Under the pieces are notes generated by a model, which was not told the origin of the DNA, searched no databases, and worked only from the letters and a program-made list of their open reading frames with translations. This document shows positions 27,924 to 37,550 of a stretch of 64,000 bases of DNA, piece after piece. How positions within the stretch are numbered: position 1 is the first letter of the stretch; the number at the start of each line of letters is the position of its first letter. The position numbers and the translations under genes are program-made. Where the stretch lies: contig MENI01000097.1 in assembly GCA_001768195.1 (NCBI GenBank), positions 4,908 to 68,907 of the forward strand, written 5' to 3'. Source of the stretch: Bacteroidetes bacterium GWA2_40_15 (GTDB lineage Bacteria; Bacteroidota; Bacteroidia; Bacteroidales; VadinHA17).

Positions 27924-30407
27924 ATGCAATCAAGATGCTGTATATCAGTTATATTGTTGCTTTTGATAAGTTTTTCATCTTTTGCACAGGAGATAACCCA
28001 TTCCCGTGATGAAAAGGCAGTTGTTATTGCCGACAAATCAGGTAACCTTCAGATAGAAATTGATTACAGTAAAGGCTGCAGGATCAGCAGACTGATAGTT
28101 AAAGGGAGGAATACTCTTTCTGCTTCAGGAGCCTTTACTTCGGTAAAAACAGCGGATAATTTATATACCTCGCCTGAGTCATCTGCCCGGGCAAAGGTTG
28201 TGAAACGTAAAAACGGCCTTACAATACGCAATATTATCTTCGGAGATGAAGAGATGACTGTTTCAGAGACCTGGGAATTCGCAATTGCCGGCAGCACTAT
28301 TGAATGGAAGATAAACAGGCAGTACAGAAATCGCGGGACACTCGATGATATGGCCATGCCTGCCTGGCACTTTGAAAAACTCAACACATGGAAGGCAGGT
28401 ATCCTGAACACAGGTGGCGTGGTATGGTGTAAATATTTTGAGAATCTGAATGACACATATGGAGTACATACCAACGGAGTAACATTCTGGGAAACTGAAT
28501 CAGGCAATGGATTAAGGATTGAAGCAGATTCTCAGACAGGAGGTCACATTGCCTGCTCATTCAGCCATGCTCAGGATGAAGAGTTTAAACTCACTCAGTA
28601 TCTTACAACTGATGAACTGGGGCAACGTTACAACCTGAGCAGGTTCGTAAGTAAAAAGAAGGACGTATTTGCTCCCTTCAATGTGGATATGGGTGTTGCA
28701 TCGGTTATACTTAATATCAGCTATGTAGACTATGATAAGGAGTATGACAGGGGAACTCTGCCCGGAATAGATGAAGTGGCGGTCAGGGAACTTTTAAACA
28801 CTACAGGACGATATGGCGTAGTTGACAGAAACATTACAGGAGGCAACGGATGGGTAACCAACTGGAAGTGCCTGCATGAACCATTCTTTGCACAAACAGG
28901 AATGGCAATAAATGATAAAAACTATCTTAGAAATCTCGCTTCAACACTCGATCAGGAACGGGACCAGGCAATTGAAGCCGATGGCAGGGTGCTGGCACGA
29001 TGGCACGACATTCCTGAAGCTCAGAAGAGCAATTACAATTTCAAAACAGGCTACTACGACTGCCCCTGGGGATACACTATTGATGCCCAGCCCTCGCAGG
29101 TGATAAATACAGTTGAGCTGTTTCATCAGACAGGTGACCTGAACTGGCTCAGATCACATAAGGAGAATTGTGAAAAGGTTCTGAACTGGCTTATTAAAAG
29201 AGATTCCAACAATAACGGGATCTTTGAAATGCTTAATGATAATACCGGAGAAAACAAATGCAGCGACTGGATAGATGTTGTATGGGCAAGCTTCGAGAAC
29301 GCTTTTGTTAATGCACAGATGTATGAGGCGCTGAATCTTTGGTCCGGGTGCGAATCTATCCTGGGAGATACGGGTAAAGCAGCCTACTATTCAAGGATCG
29401 CCGACAGGTTGAAAGTGGCTTTCAATAAACCTGTGCAATACGGAGGGTTCTGGTACCCTGAAAAAAGGCAATATATCTACTGGAGGGATAAGGATGGATC
29501 GCTGCATGGTGATAACCTGGTAACTCCTGTAAATTTTGCAGCCATAGCTTTTGGGCTTTGTGAAGATCCCGTACGAATAAAGGAGATACTTGACCAGATC
29601 GAGGAAAAGACTTCTGCCGAGAAGCTGTTTCACTGGCCCCTTTGCTTTGAATCATTCAGGGAAGAGGAGGTCTACAAGCCTGTAAACTGGCCGTTTCCAA
29701 ACTATGAGAATGGGGATATTTTTCCAACATGGGGTTATCTCGGTGTGCGATCGTATGTGAAATACGATAAAACTATTGCTCTAAAATATATTAAGAATCT
29801 TCTGCAACAGTATAATAAGGACGGGCTTTCCTCGCAGCGTTTCAGCAGGACTACTCAGCAAGGAAAGGGTTCTGATATTCTTGCCGGTTCAAGCACAACA
29901 ATTGCTGCTCTGTACAGGGATATTTATGGAATAAGGCCTAAATGGAACAGGTTCGGTATTGAACCCAATATGCTAAAAGAGCTTAATGGAACGGAATTCA
30001 GTTATACATTTACCGGAAAGAAATATAATGTCAGACTGAATGAGGATAAATATGAACTCTCCAATGACGATTTCACTATTACTGCCGGGCAGAGCTTTGG
30101 AGTCAGTACTGATGGAAATAACCTGCTATATTACCCGGGGAATAAAGATATTGCCCGGTTGTCAGTAACCAAAAGTATTATTGACCCGGTTAAAGTAGAT
30201 ATAGCACAGTGGGATGAAGGGATAATGGAGTGGTCGATTCTGTCGCCAGGGATCTTCAGGTTCATTGTATCGGGTCTTAAGCCAGGCAGCCAGTACAGGC
30301 TGAAGACAGGAGCTGATGAAGAGAAGCTTGTAATTTCCGGTTCAGATGGCAATCTTAATTTTGAATATACATGTCAGGATATGGTAAAATTCACTCTGAT
30401 CAGGTAG
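27924..30407 (+). CDS. secreted 827-aa protein with an (alpha/alpha)6-barrel glycoside-hydrolase-like C-terminal half
   Basis: Signal peptide. The central and C-terminal strings SDWIDVVWASFENAFVNAQMYEALNLW and TPVNFAAIAFG resemble GDE_C/GH63/GH78-type six-hairpin enzymes. The family is not resolved by eye. Confidence 0.45.
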   Translation: MQSRCCISVILLLLISFSSFAQEITHSRDEKAVVIADKSGNLQIEIDYSKGCRISRLIVKGRNTLSASGAFTSVKTADNLYTSPESSARAKVVKRKNGLTIRNIIFGDEEMTVSETWEFAIAGSTIEWKINRQYRNRGTLDDMAMPAWHFEKLNTWKAGILNTGGVVWCKYFENLNDTYGVHTNGVTFWETESGNGLRIEADSQTGGHIACSFSHAQDEEFKLTQYLTTDELGQRYNLSRFVSKKKDVFAPFNVDMGVASVILNISYVDYDKEYDRGTLPGIDEVAVRELLNTTGRYGVVDRNITGGNGWVTNWKCLHEPFFAQTGMAINDKNYLRNLASTLDQERDQAIEADGRVLARWHDIPEAQKSNYNFKTGYYDCPWGYTIDAQPSQVINTVELFHQTGDLNWLRSHKENCEKVLNWLIKRDSNNNGIFEMLNDNTGENKCSDWIDVVWASFENAFVNAQMYEALNLWSGCESILGDTGKAAYYSRIADRLKVAFNKPVQYGGFWYPEKRQYIYWRDKDGSLHGDNLVTPVNFAAIAFGLCEDPVRIKEILDQIEEKTSAEKLFHWPLCFESFREEEVYKPVNWPFPNYENGDIFPTWGYLGVRSYVKYDKTIALKYIKNLLQQYNKDGLSSQRFSRTTQQGKGSDILAGSSTTIAALYRDIYGIRPKWNRFGIEPNMLKELNGTEFSYTFTGKKYNVRLNEDKYELSNDDFTITAGQSFGVSTDGNNLLYYPGNKDIARLSVTKSIIDPVKVDIAQWDEGIMEWSILSPGIFRFIVSGLKPGSQYRLKTGADEEKLVISGSDGNLNFEYTCQDMVKFTLIR

Positions 30408-30440
30408 ATTTGTATCCAGATAATAAATACTTTAATCTGC

Positions 30441-31703
30441 ATGCAACTTATCAACATCAGTCTTTCAGGAATAGTAAGGGTAAAGAGAAAATTTGTGCTT
30501 GCTTTGTTCCTGCTTTTCATTATAGTCTTGCCTGTTATAACCGGCTTCAGCCCTGGGAAAAGGAAACCGTATAAAAACTATGTGCTTCTCGTTTCCCTTG
30601 ATGCTTTCAGGTGGGACTATCCTGATTTGTACAACACTCCCAACCTTGACATACTGGGAAACGACGGAGTCAGAGCGGAAAGGATGATCTCCTCTTTTCC
30701 CACAAATACATTTCCAAATCATTATTCCATAGCAACAGGCCTCTATCCGGACCATCACGGACTAATAAGCAACAGTTTCCCGGCTCCCGACCTTGGGCTG
30801 TTTTACCGGATAGGCGACAGGGAAGCAGTTGAGAATCCGGACTTCTACGGAGGAGAACCAATGTGGGTTACTGCTGAAAAGCAGGGCGTTAAAGCTGCTT
30901 CATTCTTCTGGGTAGGATCGGAAGCACCTGTCGGAGGAATGCATCCGACATACTGGAAGAAGTATGACGAATCAGTGGGTTATGGTGAGAGGATAGATAC
31001 TATTGTAAAATGGCTCGGTTATCCTGAGCAGAACAGGCCTGAACTTTTAACTCTCTACCTTGATGAACCTGATGCAACCAGCCATGATTTCGGTCCTGTT
31101 TCAGCGGAAACCGGGGAAGTTGTGATGAGACTTGACAGTCTGATCGGAGCGTTGCGGAACAAACTTAGTTCTCTGCCTTACGGCGACAGAATAAACCTGA
31201 TAGTGATATCTGATCATGGTATGGCTTCGGTATCGCCTGAAAAGTATATTAACCTGAAATCGCTTGTTCCCGACAGAATGATTGCATCTATATCAGGAGG
31301 TAATCCTGTATATCTGATAAATCCTGCAGAAGGGAAAGCCGACAGTTTACTTCTTCTTATAAACAGAGCATCGGGTGTAAGAGCCTGGAGGAAATCAGAA
31401 CTTCCTTCAAAATGGCACTATGGTACCCATCCAAGGATCCCTGAGATTGTTGTTGTTGCCGACAGCTCGTGGAGCATCGGAACCCGGCCTTCTGCATTCT
31501 CAAACAAAGGTGCTCATGGTTACGATAATTATAATCCCGATCTCTTTTCGATTTTTTATGCAGCAGGTCCTTCATTTAAAAAGAATTACAGTTTCAGCGA
31601 GCTTAAGAATACAGATGTTTACAACCTTGTCTGTCGTATCCTCAATATTAAGCCCGCCGCTAATGATGGCAACCGAAAAAATATCAGGAAGTTGCTCAGA
31701 TAA
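30441..31703 (+). CDS. ectonucleotide pyrophosphatase/phosphodiesterase (NPP, alkaline-phosphatase superfamily), membrane-anchored
   Basis: LVSLDAFRWDY, FPTNTFPNHYSIATGLYPDHHGL and ISDHGM motifs. Confidence 0.8.
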   Translation: MQLINISLSGIVRVKRKFVLALFLLFIIVLPVITGFSPGKRKPYKNYVLLVSLDAFRWDYPDLYNTPNLDILGNDGVRAERMISSFPTNTFPNHYSIATGLYPDHHGLISNSFPAPDLGLFYRIGDREAVENPDFYGGEPMWVTAEKQGVKAASFFWVGSEAPVGGMHPTYWKKYDESVGYGERIDTIVKWLGYPEQNRPELLTLYLDEPDATSHDFGPVSAETGEVVMRLDSLIGALRNKLSSLPYGDRINLIVISDHGMASVSPEKYINLKSLVPDRMIASISGGNPVYLINPAEGKADSLLLLINRASGVRAWRKSELPSKWHYGTHPRIPEIVVVADSSWSIGTRPSAFSNKGAHGYDNYNPDLFSIFYAAGPSFKKNYSFSELKNTDVYNLVCRILNIKPAANDGNRKNIRKLLR

Positions 31704-31732
31704 TTTAATTTTGAACCTATATATTCATATCC

Positions 31733-33229
31733 ATGAAAGAATTTATCCTGGCTCTCGACCAGGGAACAACAAGTTCAAGGGCGATTATCTTTGACAAAGA
31801 CGGTCGTCCGGTTGCAACAGCGCAAAAGGAATTCAGGCAATTTTTCCCAAAGCCGGGCTGGGTTGAACACGACCCTGATGAAATCTGGTCAACACAGGCA
31901 GGCGTTGCACTTGAGGCAATAACAAAAGCAAGGCTTTCCGGTAAAAATATTAAAGCAATAGGCATCACCAATCAGCGGGAGACAACAGTTGTCTGGAACA
32001 GAAAAACTGGCAATCCTGTTTATAAAGCCATCGTATGGCAGGACAGGCGCACTGCTGATTTCTGCGACAAGCTTAAGAAAGAGGGATATGACAAAAAGAT
32101 CCTTAAGAAGACAGGGTTGATAATTGATGCATATTTTTCTGCTACCAAAGTAAAGTGGATTCTGGATAATGTAAAGGGTGCACAAAAGCTTGCAGAAGAC
32201 GGAAAACTGGCTTTTGGGACAATCGACTCCTGGCTTGTATGGAAACTGACTGGTGGCCGACTTCATATTACAGATGTTTCCAATGCTTCAAGAACAATGC
32301 TTTACAATATTCATACACTCGAATGGGACAGTGAACTTCTGAAGATTTTCAATATTCCTTCAGCCATTCTTCCTGAAGTCAGATCATCAAGCGAGGTATA
32401 TGGAACCACCTCAGGACTATTTGAAACGGAAATTCCTGTGGCAGGCATTGCCGGCGACCAGCAGGCTGCATTGTTCGGACAGATGTGCATAGAACCGGGA
32501 ATGGTTAAGAACACCTACGGCACTGGATGCTTTATGATGATGAATACCGGTTCCAAACCTGTCGAATCAAAGAACAGGCTGCTGACAACTATTGCATGGA
32601 AAATTGACACGGAAACCATTTATGCACTCGAGGGCAGTATTTTCATTGGTGGAGCCGTTGTGCAATGGTTGAGGGATGGTCTTGGAATCATAAAAAGATC
32701 AGCCGATGTTGAGAAACTTGCAGCGAATGTGGAAGACAGCGGGGGAGTATACTTTGTACCTGCATTTGCAGGTCTTGGAGCGCCCTACTGGAACCAGCAT
32801 GCAAGGGGTACGATTGTAGGGCTTACCAGAGGAACTGCAGCAGCTCATATTGCAAGGGCAGCGCTCGACAGCATAGCCTACCAGACACTTGAAGTGCTGC
32901 TTGCAATGCAAAAGGATTCGGGTCTGAAAATACCTGAGCTAAGAGTGGATGGCGGGGCTACTGTGAATGACAGATTAATGCAGTTCCAGTCTGACATCCT
33001 CCAGGCAAAGGTTGTGCGTCCTGAAATTACTCAAACGACAGCTCTTGGCGCTGCTTATCTTGCAGGACTGGCAGTAAAATACTGGGGAAGTATTAATGAA
33101 ATAAAGAAACAGTGGGCAATAGACAAGGCCTTTACTCCCTCCGTTAAAGCGAAGGATACAAAAGTGCTTATTGACGGATGGCACAGGGCAGTTAAAGCAG
33201 CACAGGCCTGGGCGGGAGAGGGGAGATAA
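31733..33229 (+). CDS. glpK: glycerol kinase
   Basis: 498 aa. [24 protein letters not shown] and [15 protein letters not shown] are canonical GlpK strings. Confidence 0.95.
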   Translation: MKEFILALDQGTTSSRAIIFDKDGRPVATAQKEFRQFFPKPGWVEHDPDEIWSTQAGVALEAITKARLSGKNIKAIGITNQRETTVVWNRKTGNPVYKAIVWQDRRTADFCDKLKKEGYDKKILKKTGLIIDAYFSATKVKWILDNVKGAQKLAEDGKLAFGTIDSWLVWKLTGGRLHITDVSNASRTMLYNIHTLEWDSELLKIFNIPSAILPEVRSSSEVYGTTSGLFETEIPVAGIAGDQQAALFGQMCIEPGMVKNTYGTGCFMMMNTGSKPVESKNRLLTTIAWKIDTETIYALEGSIFIGGAVVQWLRDGLGIIKRSADVEKLAANVEDSGGVYFVPAFAGLGAPYWNQHARGTIVGLTRGTAAAHIARAALDSIAYQTLEVLLAMQKDSGLKIPELRVDGGATVNDRLMQFQSDILQAKVVRPEITQTTALGAAYLAGLAVKYWGSINEIKKQWAIDKAFTPSVKAKDTKVLIDGWHRAVKAAQAWAGEGR

Positions 33230-33283
33230 GAAGAAGGGGAGAGGGGGAGAGGGGGAGAATGGGAGAATGGGAGAAAATGCAGA
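33210..33283 (+). repeat. polypurine (GGGAGA-type) tract of about 75 nt
   Basis: ggcgggagaggggagataagaagaaggggagagggggagagggggagaatgggagaatgggagaaaatg. Almost only purines on the plus strand. It spans the glpK stop. Confidence 0.7.
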
Positions 33284-33318
33284 AATACCTGAATTATTAA
33301 TGAAATAATTATAACATT

Positions 33319-34023
33319 ATGAACGCATTTTTTGCAGAATTTTTCGGAACCGCTATGATAATTGTTTTTGGAGGAGGAGTAGTGTCAAATGTTCTTCTTG
33401 CAGGGACAAAAGGAAACAACAGCGGCTGGATCGTGATAACCTTCGGATGGGCCGTCGGGGTATTTACAGGTGTGCTTATAGCAGCACCTGTAAGCGGTGC
33501 TCATCTGAATCCTGCTGTTACTCTGGCGCTTGTGCTGGCAGGTAAGTTCTCGATCTCACTTATGCCCCTTTATGTATGTGCCCAGCTGCTGGGAGCAATG
33601 TTCGGGGCATTTCTGGTCTGGGTTGCTTATAAAAAGCATTTTGATGCCACCCGGGATGGTGATCTAAAACTTGCTGTATTCTGCACTTCTCCAAATATCA
33701 GGAGTTATTGGTATAATATACTGACAGAGGTAATCGGCACATATGTACTTGCACTGGCCGTACTGTATATGGCTGAACCTGAAGTGGGACTGGGTTCGCT
33801 GAATGCCCTTCCCGTTTCTATAGTTGTCCTGGGGCTTGGCCTTTCCCTTGGCGGTCCGACAGGATATGCAATAAACCCGGCCCGTGATCTTGGCCCAAGA
33901 ATAATGCATTTTTTCCTTCCAATCCCTGATAAAAGAGACAGTGACTGGAAATATTCATGGGTACCGGTTGTCGGGCCACTCATTGGGGCATCCCTGGCTG
34001 CAATAATGTTTGATATGTTTTGA
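33319..34023 (+). CDS. glpF: glycerol uptake facilitator (MIP/aquaglyceroporin)
   Basis: Two NPA boxes (SGAHLNPAVT and YAINPARDLGPR). Confidence 0.9.
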   Translation: MNAFFAEFFGTAMIIVFGGGVVSNVLLAGTKGNNSGWIVITFGWAVGVFTGVLIAAPVSGAHLNPAVTLALVLAGKFSISLMPLYVCAQLLGAMFGAFLVWVAYKKHFDATRDGDLKLAVFCTSPNIRSYWYNILTEVIGTYVLALAVLYMAEPEVGLGSLNALPVSIVVLGLGLSLGGPTGYAINPARDLGPRIMHFFLPIPDKRDSDWKYSWVPVVGPLIGASLAAIMFDMF

Positions 34024-34145
34024 GGGCTATAAGCAGTAGTTCCCCGAGGTTGCAATACATGGGTATAATTTCCATAATTCTGATTTTAATGGAATATTCC
34101 CTATCTTCACAGTCAAAATATTATGACTCTGAAATATACAACTAA

Positions 34146-34649
34146 ATGAAGATAAGCCTGATACGTAGTGCGTTAATTCTTCTTAGCATCATTCCTTATA
34201 TTCTGAAAGGAGAGTCACCGGCTGACTCTGTCAGGGATCACTCCTACTACCATATATCAGAAGGACAATACATTGAGAATGACAGTATCACCTCCCTGGA
34301 TAACTGGGTTGACAAGGGGATGAACATCCTTTTTGTACCAGTCAGGGACAGCCTGATCATTTCAATTGACATAGGAGGGAAGGATAAAATATTCTTTATG
34401 GGAATGGCAGTCAGAATAGAAAATCCGGGATTCGACAATCAGAATAAAGATGCAGAATTCTATCACTGGATATTCACCAGCCATATTAAGGAAGGAATAA
34501 GGAATGCTTTCATTTCAAAGGAATATATCCGGGGAAGTCTTGAAAAATATGGACTGAAAGGGTACTTGATACAAATACATTTTTTCGATAAGTCGGAATT
34601 CCTCTTTTATGCATCTGAGCTGAAGCCCAATATTCAGGTTAAACAATAA
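34146..34649 (+). CDS. hypothetical secreted protein
   Basis: 167 aa with an N-terminal hydrophobic signal. No family recognised. Confidence 0.4.
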   Translation: MKISLIRSALILLSIIPYILKGESPADSVRDHSYYHISEGQYIENDSITSLDNWVDKGMNILFVPVRDSLIISIDIGGKDKIFFMGMAVRIENPGFDNQNKDAEFYHWIFTSHIKEGIRNAFISKEYIRGSLEKYGLKGYLIQIHFFDKSEFLFYASELKPNIQVKQ

Positions 34650-34653
34650 AAGA

Positions 34654-35889
34654 CTATTTCACATCAGATGTAACCGGATCAATCAGCAATGGTTCTTCCT
34701 CTTTTAAAATTGATTCTGTTTTTCTTTTTTCCGGCAGCATATTCCCGATCATCATAACGAATATCGACATAATAATTACCAGAGTTACAACCTCTTCGTT
34801 TATCAGGTCAATTCTTAATCCGTCAGGTATGCTTAAGAATAGCAATATTGTAATTAATCCTCTGGGCGCAAAATATATCAGTTTCCCGGAAACTTTTTTA
34901 AGCAGCAGTTTAAGGAAGATCCATCTGAATATAAATATTCCGGCAGTTATTCCAATGGCGATAATTAAGTTGCGCTGGTTAATGAATCCGGTCAGGCTGG
35001 TGTAAAATCCAAACATTATGAAAAAGAATGACCTTACAAGAAATGTCAGTTCGGCGAGTATTTTCTTGAATGAATTGAGATCATCCCGGAATTTATCAAA
35101 ATCAACGAAGTTGTTTGCGATTGTGTTTTCTGCGAGATGATTATTTGCCAGCGATAGACCGAATACCACAACAAGAAAAAGGCCAGGAAGATGCACCAGT
35201 TTTGCAAGTACGTAAACCAGTATAACTGATGTGAGGATAATAATATAGCTTACATGATGTTTAATCTTGTGAAGAAGAAGTGCCAGGATAGCCGTCATCA
35301 GGGCAGCGATGATAATTGTTATAAGACCGTTGAAAGCGAAAATTGTCAGTCCGTGGCCGATAGATCCCTGGTTGATCAGTATGAAATCAAAAGCAAGTAT
35401 TCCTATAATATCAGAAACAGCGCTCTCGAATGTTATGAATTCCCTCTGATCACGGTCGAGCAGGGCAGCAGATGATATTGCCACGGCACTGCTAATGATC
35501 CCCAGAGGAATGCTGTTCAGCAAAGCCTCAGTCAGAGGCTGGTCCCATATTTTTACCAGCAATATTGTCAGTATAGCCACAAAAACAGTGAAAAGAACGA
35601 ATGCCGAAAGGATCCCTCTCAACAGACCTTTTGCCTTGCTTTTTTCAAGTTTAATTTCAAGACTGGCGTCCATTACAATGAGAATCAATCCAAGTGTACC
35701 CAGAATCGGCAGAACAGATCGCATATTGGGTATTCTGATACCTGTATAATTCACAATCAGCTGAATTGCTATGCCGAGTGCAATCAGCAGTACAACGCCG
35801 GGGATCTTCGAGTATTTGAATGAAATGTCAAAAAGGTATGAAAGGATGACCAGAACACAGAGGCCTAGAATTACATAATTGGTCAGCAT
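34654..35889 (-). CDS. cation:proton antiporter (Na+/H+ exchanger family)
   Basis: 411 aa and polytopic throughout. CPA-like helices with acidic residues inside TM segments. Confidence 0.65.
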   Translation of the reverse strand: MLTNYVILGLCVLVILSYLFDISFKYSKIPGVVLLIALGIAIQLIVNYTGIRIPNMRSVLPILGTLGLILIVMDASLEIKLEKSKAKGLLRGILSAFVLFTVFVAILTILLVKIWDQPLTEALLNSIPLGIISSAVAISSAALLDRDQREFITFESAVSDIIGILAFDFILINQGSIGHGLTIFAFNGLITIIIAALMTAILALLLHKIKHHVSYIIILTSVILVYVLAKLVHLPGLFLVVVFGLSLANNHLAENTIANNFVDFDKFRDDLNSFKKILAELTFLVRSFFFIMFGFYTSLTGFINQRNLIIAIGITAGIFIFRWIFLKLLLKKVSGKLIYFAPRGLITILLFLSIPDGLRIDLINEEVVTLVIIMSIFVMMIGNMLPEKRKTESILKEEEPLLIDPVTSDVK

Positions 35890-35964
35890 GAGGTTTATTA
35901 TTACTTATATCCAAAAATACGATTTTTAAGCTGACAAATTCAGGGTCTTATGTGGGGTATAGGT

Positions 35965-37338
35965 CTATTGCGCGATATCAAGCAACTCCAGGAAGCTTTT
36001 TTCGGATATTGTATGGTCAGCAATCAGGTTTAGGTAGTTGTTGTTTGAACGGAATGCAATACCTTTTCCACTCTCCCTGATAAGACATATGTCATTTTCA
36101 CTGTCGCCTATCGAAATTATCTTCTCAAGTCCAATAGTATATTGTTCTGCAAGCTGAAGCAGAACATTTGATTTACAGAAGTCGTGGTTACATTTGCTTT
36201 TTCCGGTTCTTAAAAAGGATGACGGTACCTTTACCTCTCCTGTGGCGATGCTTCTGGAGAACTCAAGTTCATTTCCAATTGAAAAATCCATACCAAGCTT
36301 GTTCTTAATGTGATTTGTGACCACATCATAGCTGTCGCTGATTATTCCGCAAATATACCCCCTGCTTTTAAGTTCGGAAATGACAAATTCTGCATCCCTG
36401 ATTATGGGGATGCTGTCAGTTACATTAAGGATTTCATCTATTGACTTTCCCTTAAGCAGTTTAGCTATACCTTTGGTCCTCAGGTAGGCATTGTCGGTTT
36501 CAGTAACAGTTTTTATAAGATCCTTCTTGAACCCGAATGCTTCAGCAGCAGTTGTAATAAAACTATCCTCCAGAAGTGTATTATCCATGTCGAATATTAT
36601 CATTTTTTCAAGGCCCCGGAGTCCTTCCCTGATTGCATAATCCATCTGCGTACGGATAATACTCATATTCTGAAGGGTTTCAAGGTTGTATCCTTCAATG
36701 CGTTTGGCTCTTTTAATAATAGAGAGTGAGACCTCCCGCGACATTTTGGCCAGGGCCTCCCAGCTCTGCATCCTGTTTTCAATATATCCGATATTCACTT
36801 CAGTGATCCTTGCACCCAGAATATTCATATCAATAAGAAGACCGATATCAACTCCATAATCATTCTCGAATTCTACCTTTTTAAGAAGGCTTTTCCTGGC
36901 TGCTATCATCCCGCTCAGAGGTTGTGAAAACCTTGTCAGATCAGGGAACAGGATGCTTAACAGCGGCTTTGCAACAAGCTCGGTAACCCTTCCGGCCTGC
37001 CTGTCGAAAGATGATTTGACCAGATCAGCCTCATCGTTTATTATCGGCGTGGCAAGCCTTTCCACAACATCATTGGGATATGTAAGTATATCGGCATCGA
37101 GAAAGACAATAACCTCATTCTTTGCAAGCAGCATACCGTCCCTCATTGAAGCACCTTTCCCCAGCTTTGTACTGGTATAGAGTTTTACAGCCGGCAATTT
37201 TGCAACTTTTAATGTATCATCAGAAGATTTGTCATCAATGACGAGGATCTCATTAACCAGGGAAGATTTTCCGACAAGTTCAATTACTTGTTTTACGGTT
37301 TTCTCTTCATTCAGTGTTGGGATGATCAATGTTACCAT
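35965..37338 (-). CDS. fusion protein: glucosyl-3-phosphoglycerate-synthase-like GT (GT2/GT81-like) plus HAD phosphatase (SerB-like)
   Basis: N-terminal half: IIPTLNEE.., VIDDKSSDDT, FLDADI, GRVTELVAKPLL and QPLSGMIAARK (GpgS/MpgS-like). C-terminal half: HAD motif I IFDMDNTL and motif IV GDSENDI. Confidence 0.65.
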   Translation of the reverse strand: MVTLIIPTLNEEKTVKQVIELVGKSSLVNEILVIDDKSSDDTLKVAKLPAVKLYTSTKLGKGASMRDGMLLAKNEVIVFLDADILTYPNDVVERLATPIINDEADLVKSSFDRQAGRVTELVAKPLLSILFPDLTRFSQPLSGMIAARKSLLKKVEFENDYGVDIGLLIDMNILGARITEVNIGYIENRMQSWEALAKMSREVSLSIIKRAKRIEGYNLETLQNMSIIRTQMDYAIREGLRGLEKMIIFDMDNTLLEDSFITTAAEAFGFKKDLIKTVTETDNAYLRTKGIAKLLKGKSIDEILNVTDSIPIIRDAEFVISELKSRGYICGIISDSYDVVTNHIKNKLGMDFSIGNELEFSRSIATGEVKVPSSFLRTGKSKCNHDFCKSNVLLQLAEQYTIGLEKIISIGDSENDICLIRESGKGIAFRSNNNYLNLIADHTISEKSFLELLDIAQ

Positions 37339-37361
37339 GGCACAGAATTATGATTATATTA

Positions 37362-37369
37362 CAAATATA
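37362..37369 (-). promoter_or_regulatory. -7 box TATATTTG (minus strand) for the GT-HAD fusion gene
   Basis: Plus-strand caaatata, 24 nt upstream of the ATG at 37338. Confidence 0.45.
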
Positions 37370-37550
37370 TGAAATCAAAAGGAAGAGGAAGTTAAAGACT
37401 GTTAATATGGCATAACAGTTCACATCTCATATCTCAAATCTCCCCCACTCCCTCATTTGTTCTCAGCCTATAGTTTGAATAATCAATTGAATTAAATTAT
37501 ATTAGCACTTATTGGGTTATTATTTTCAATGTAACTATTTATGACTATTT

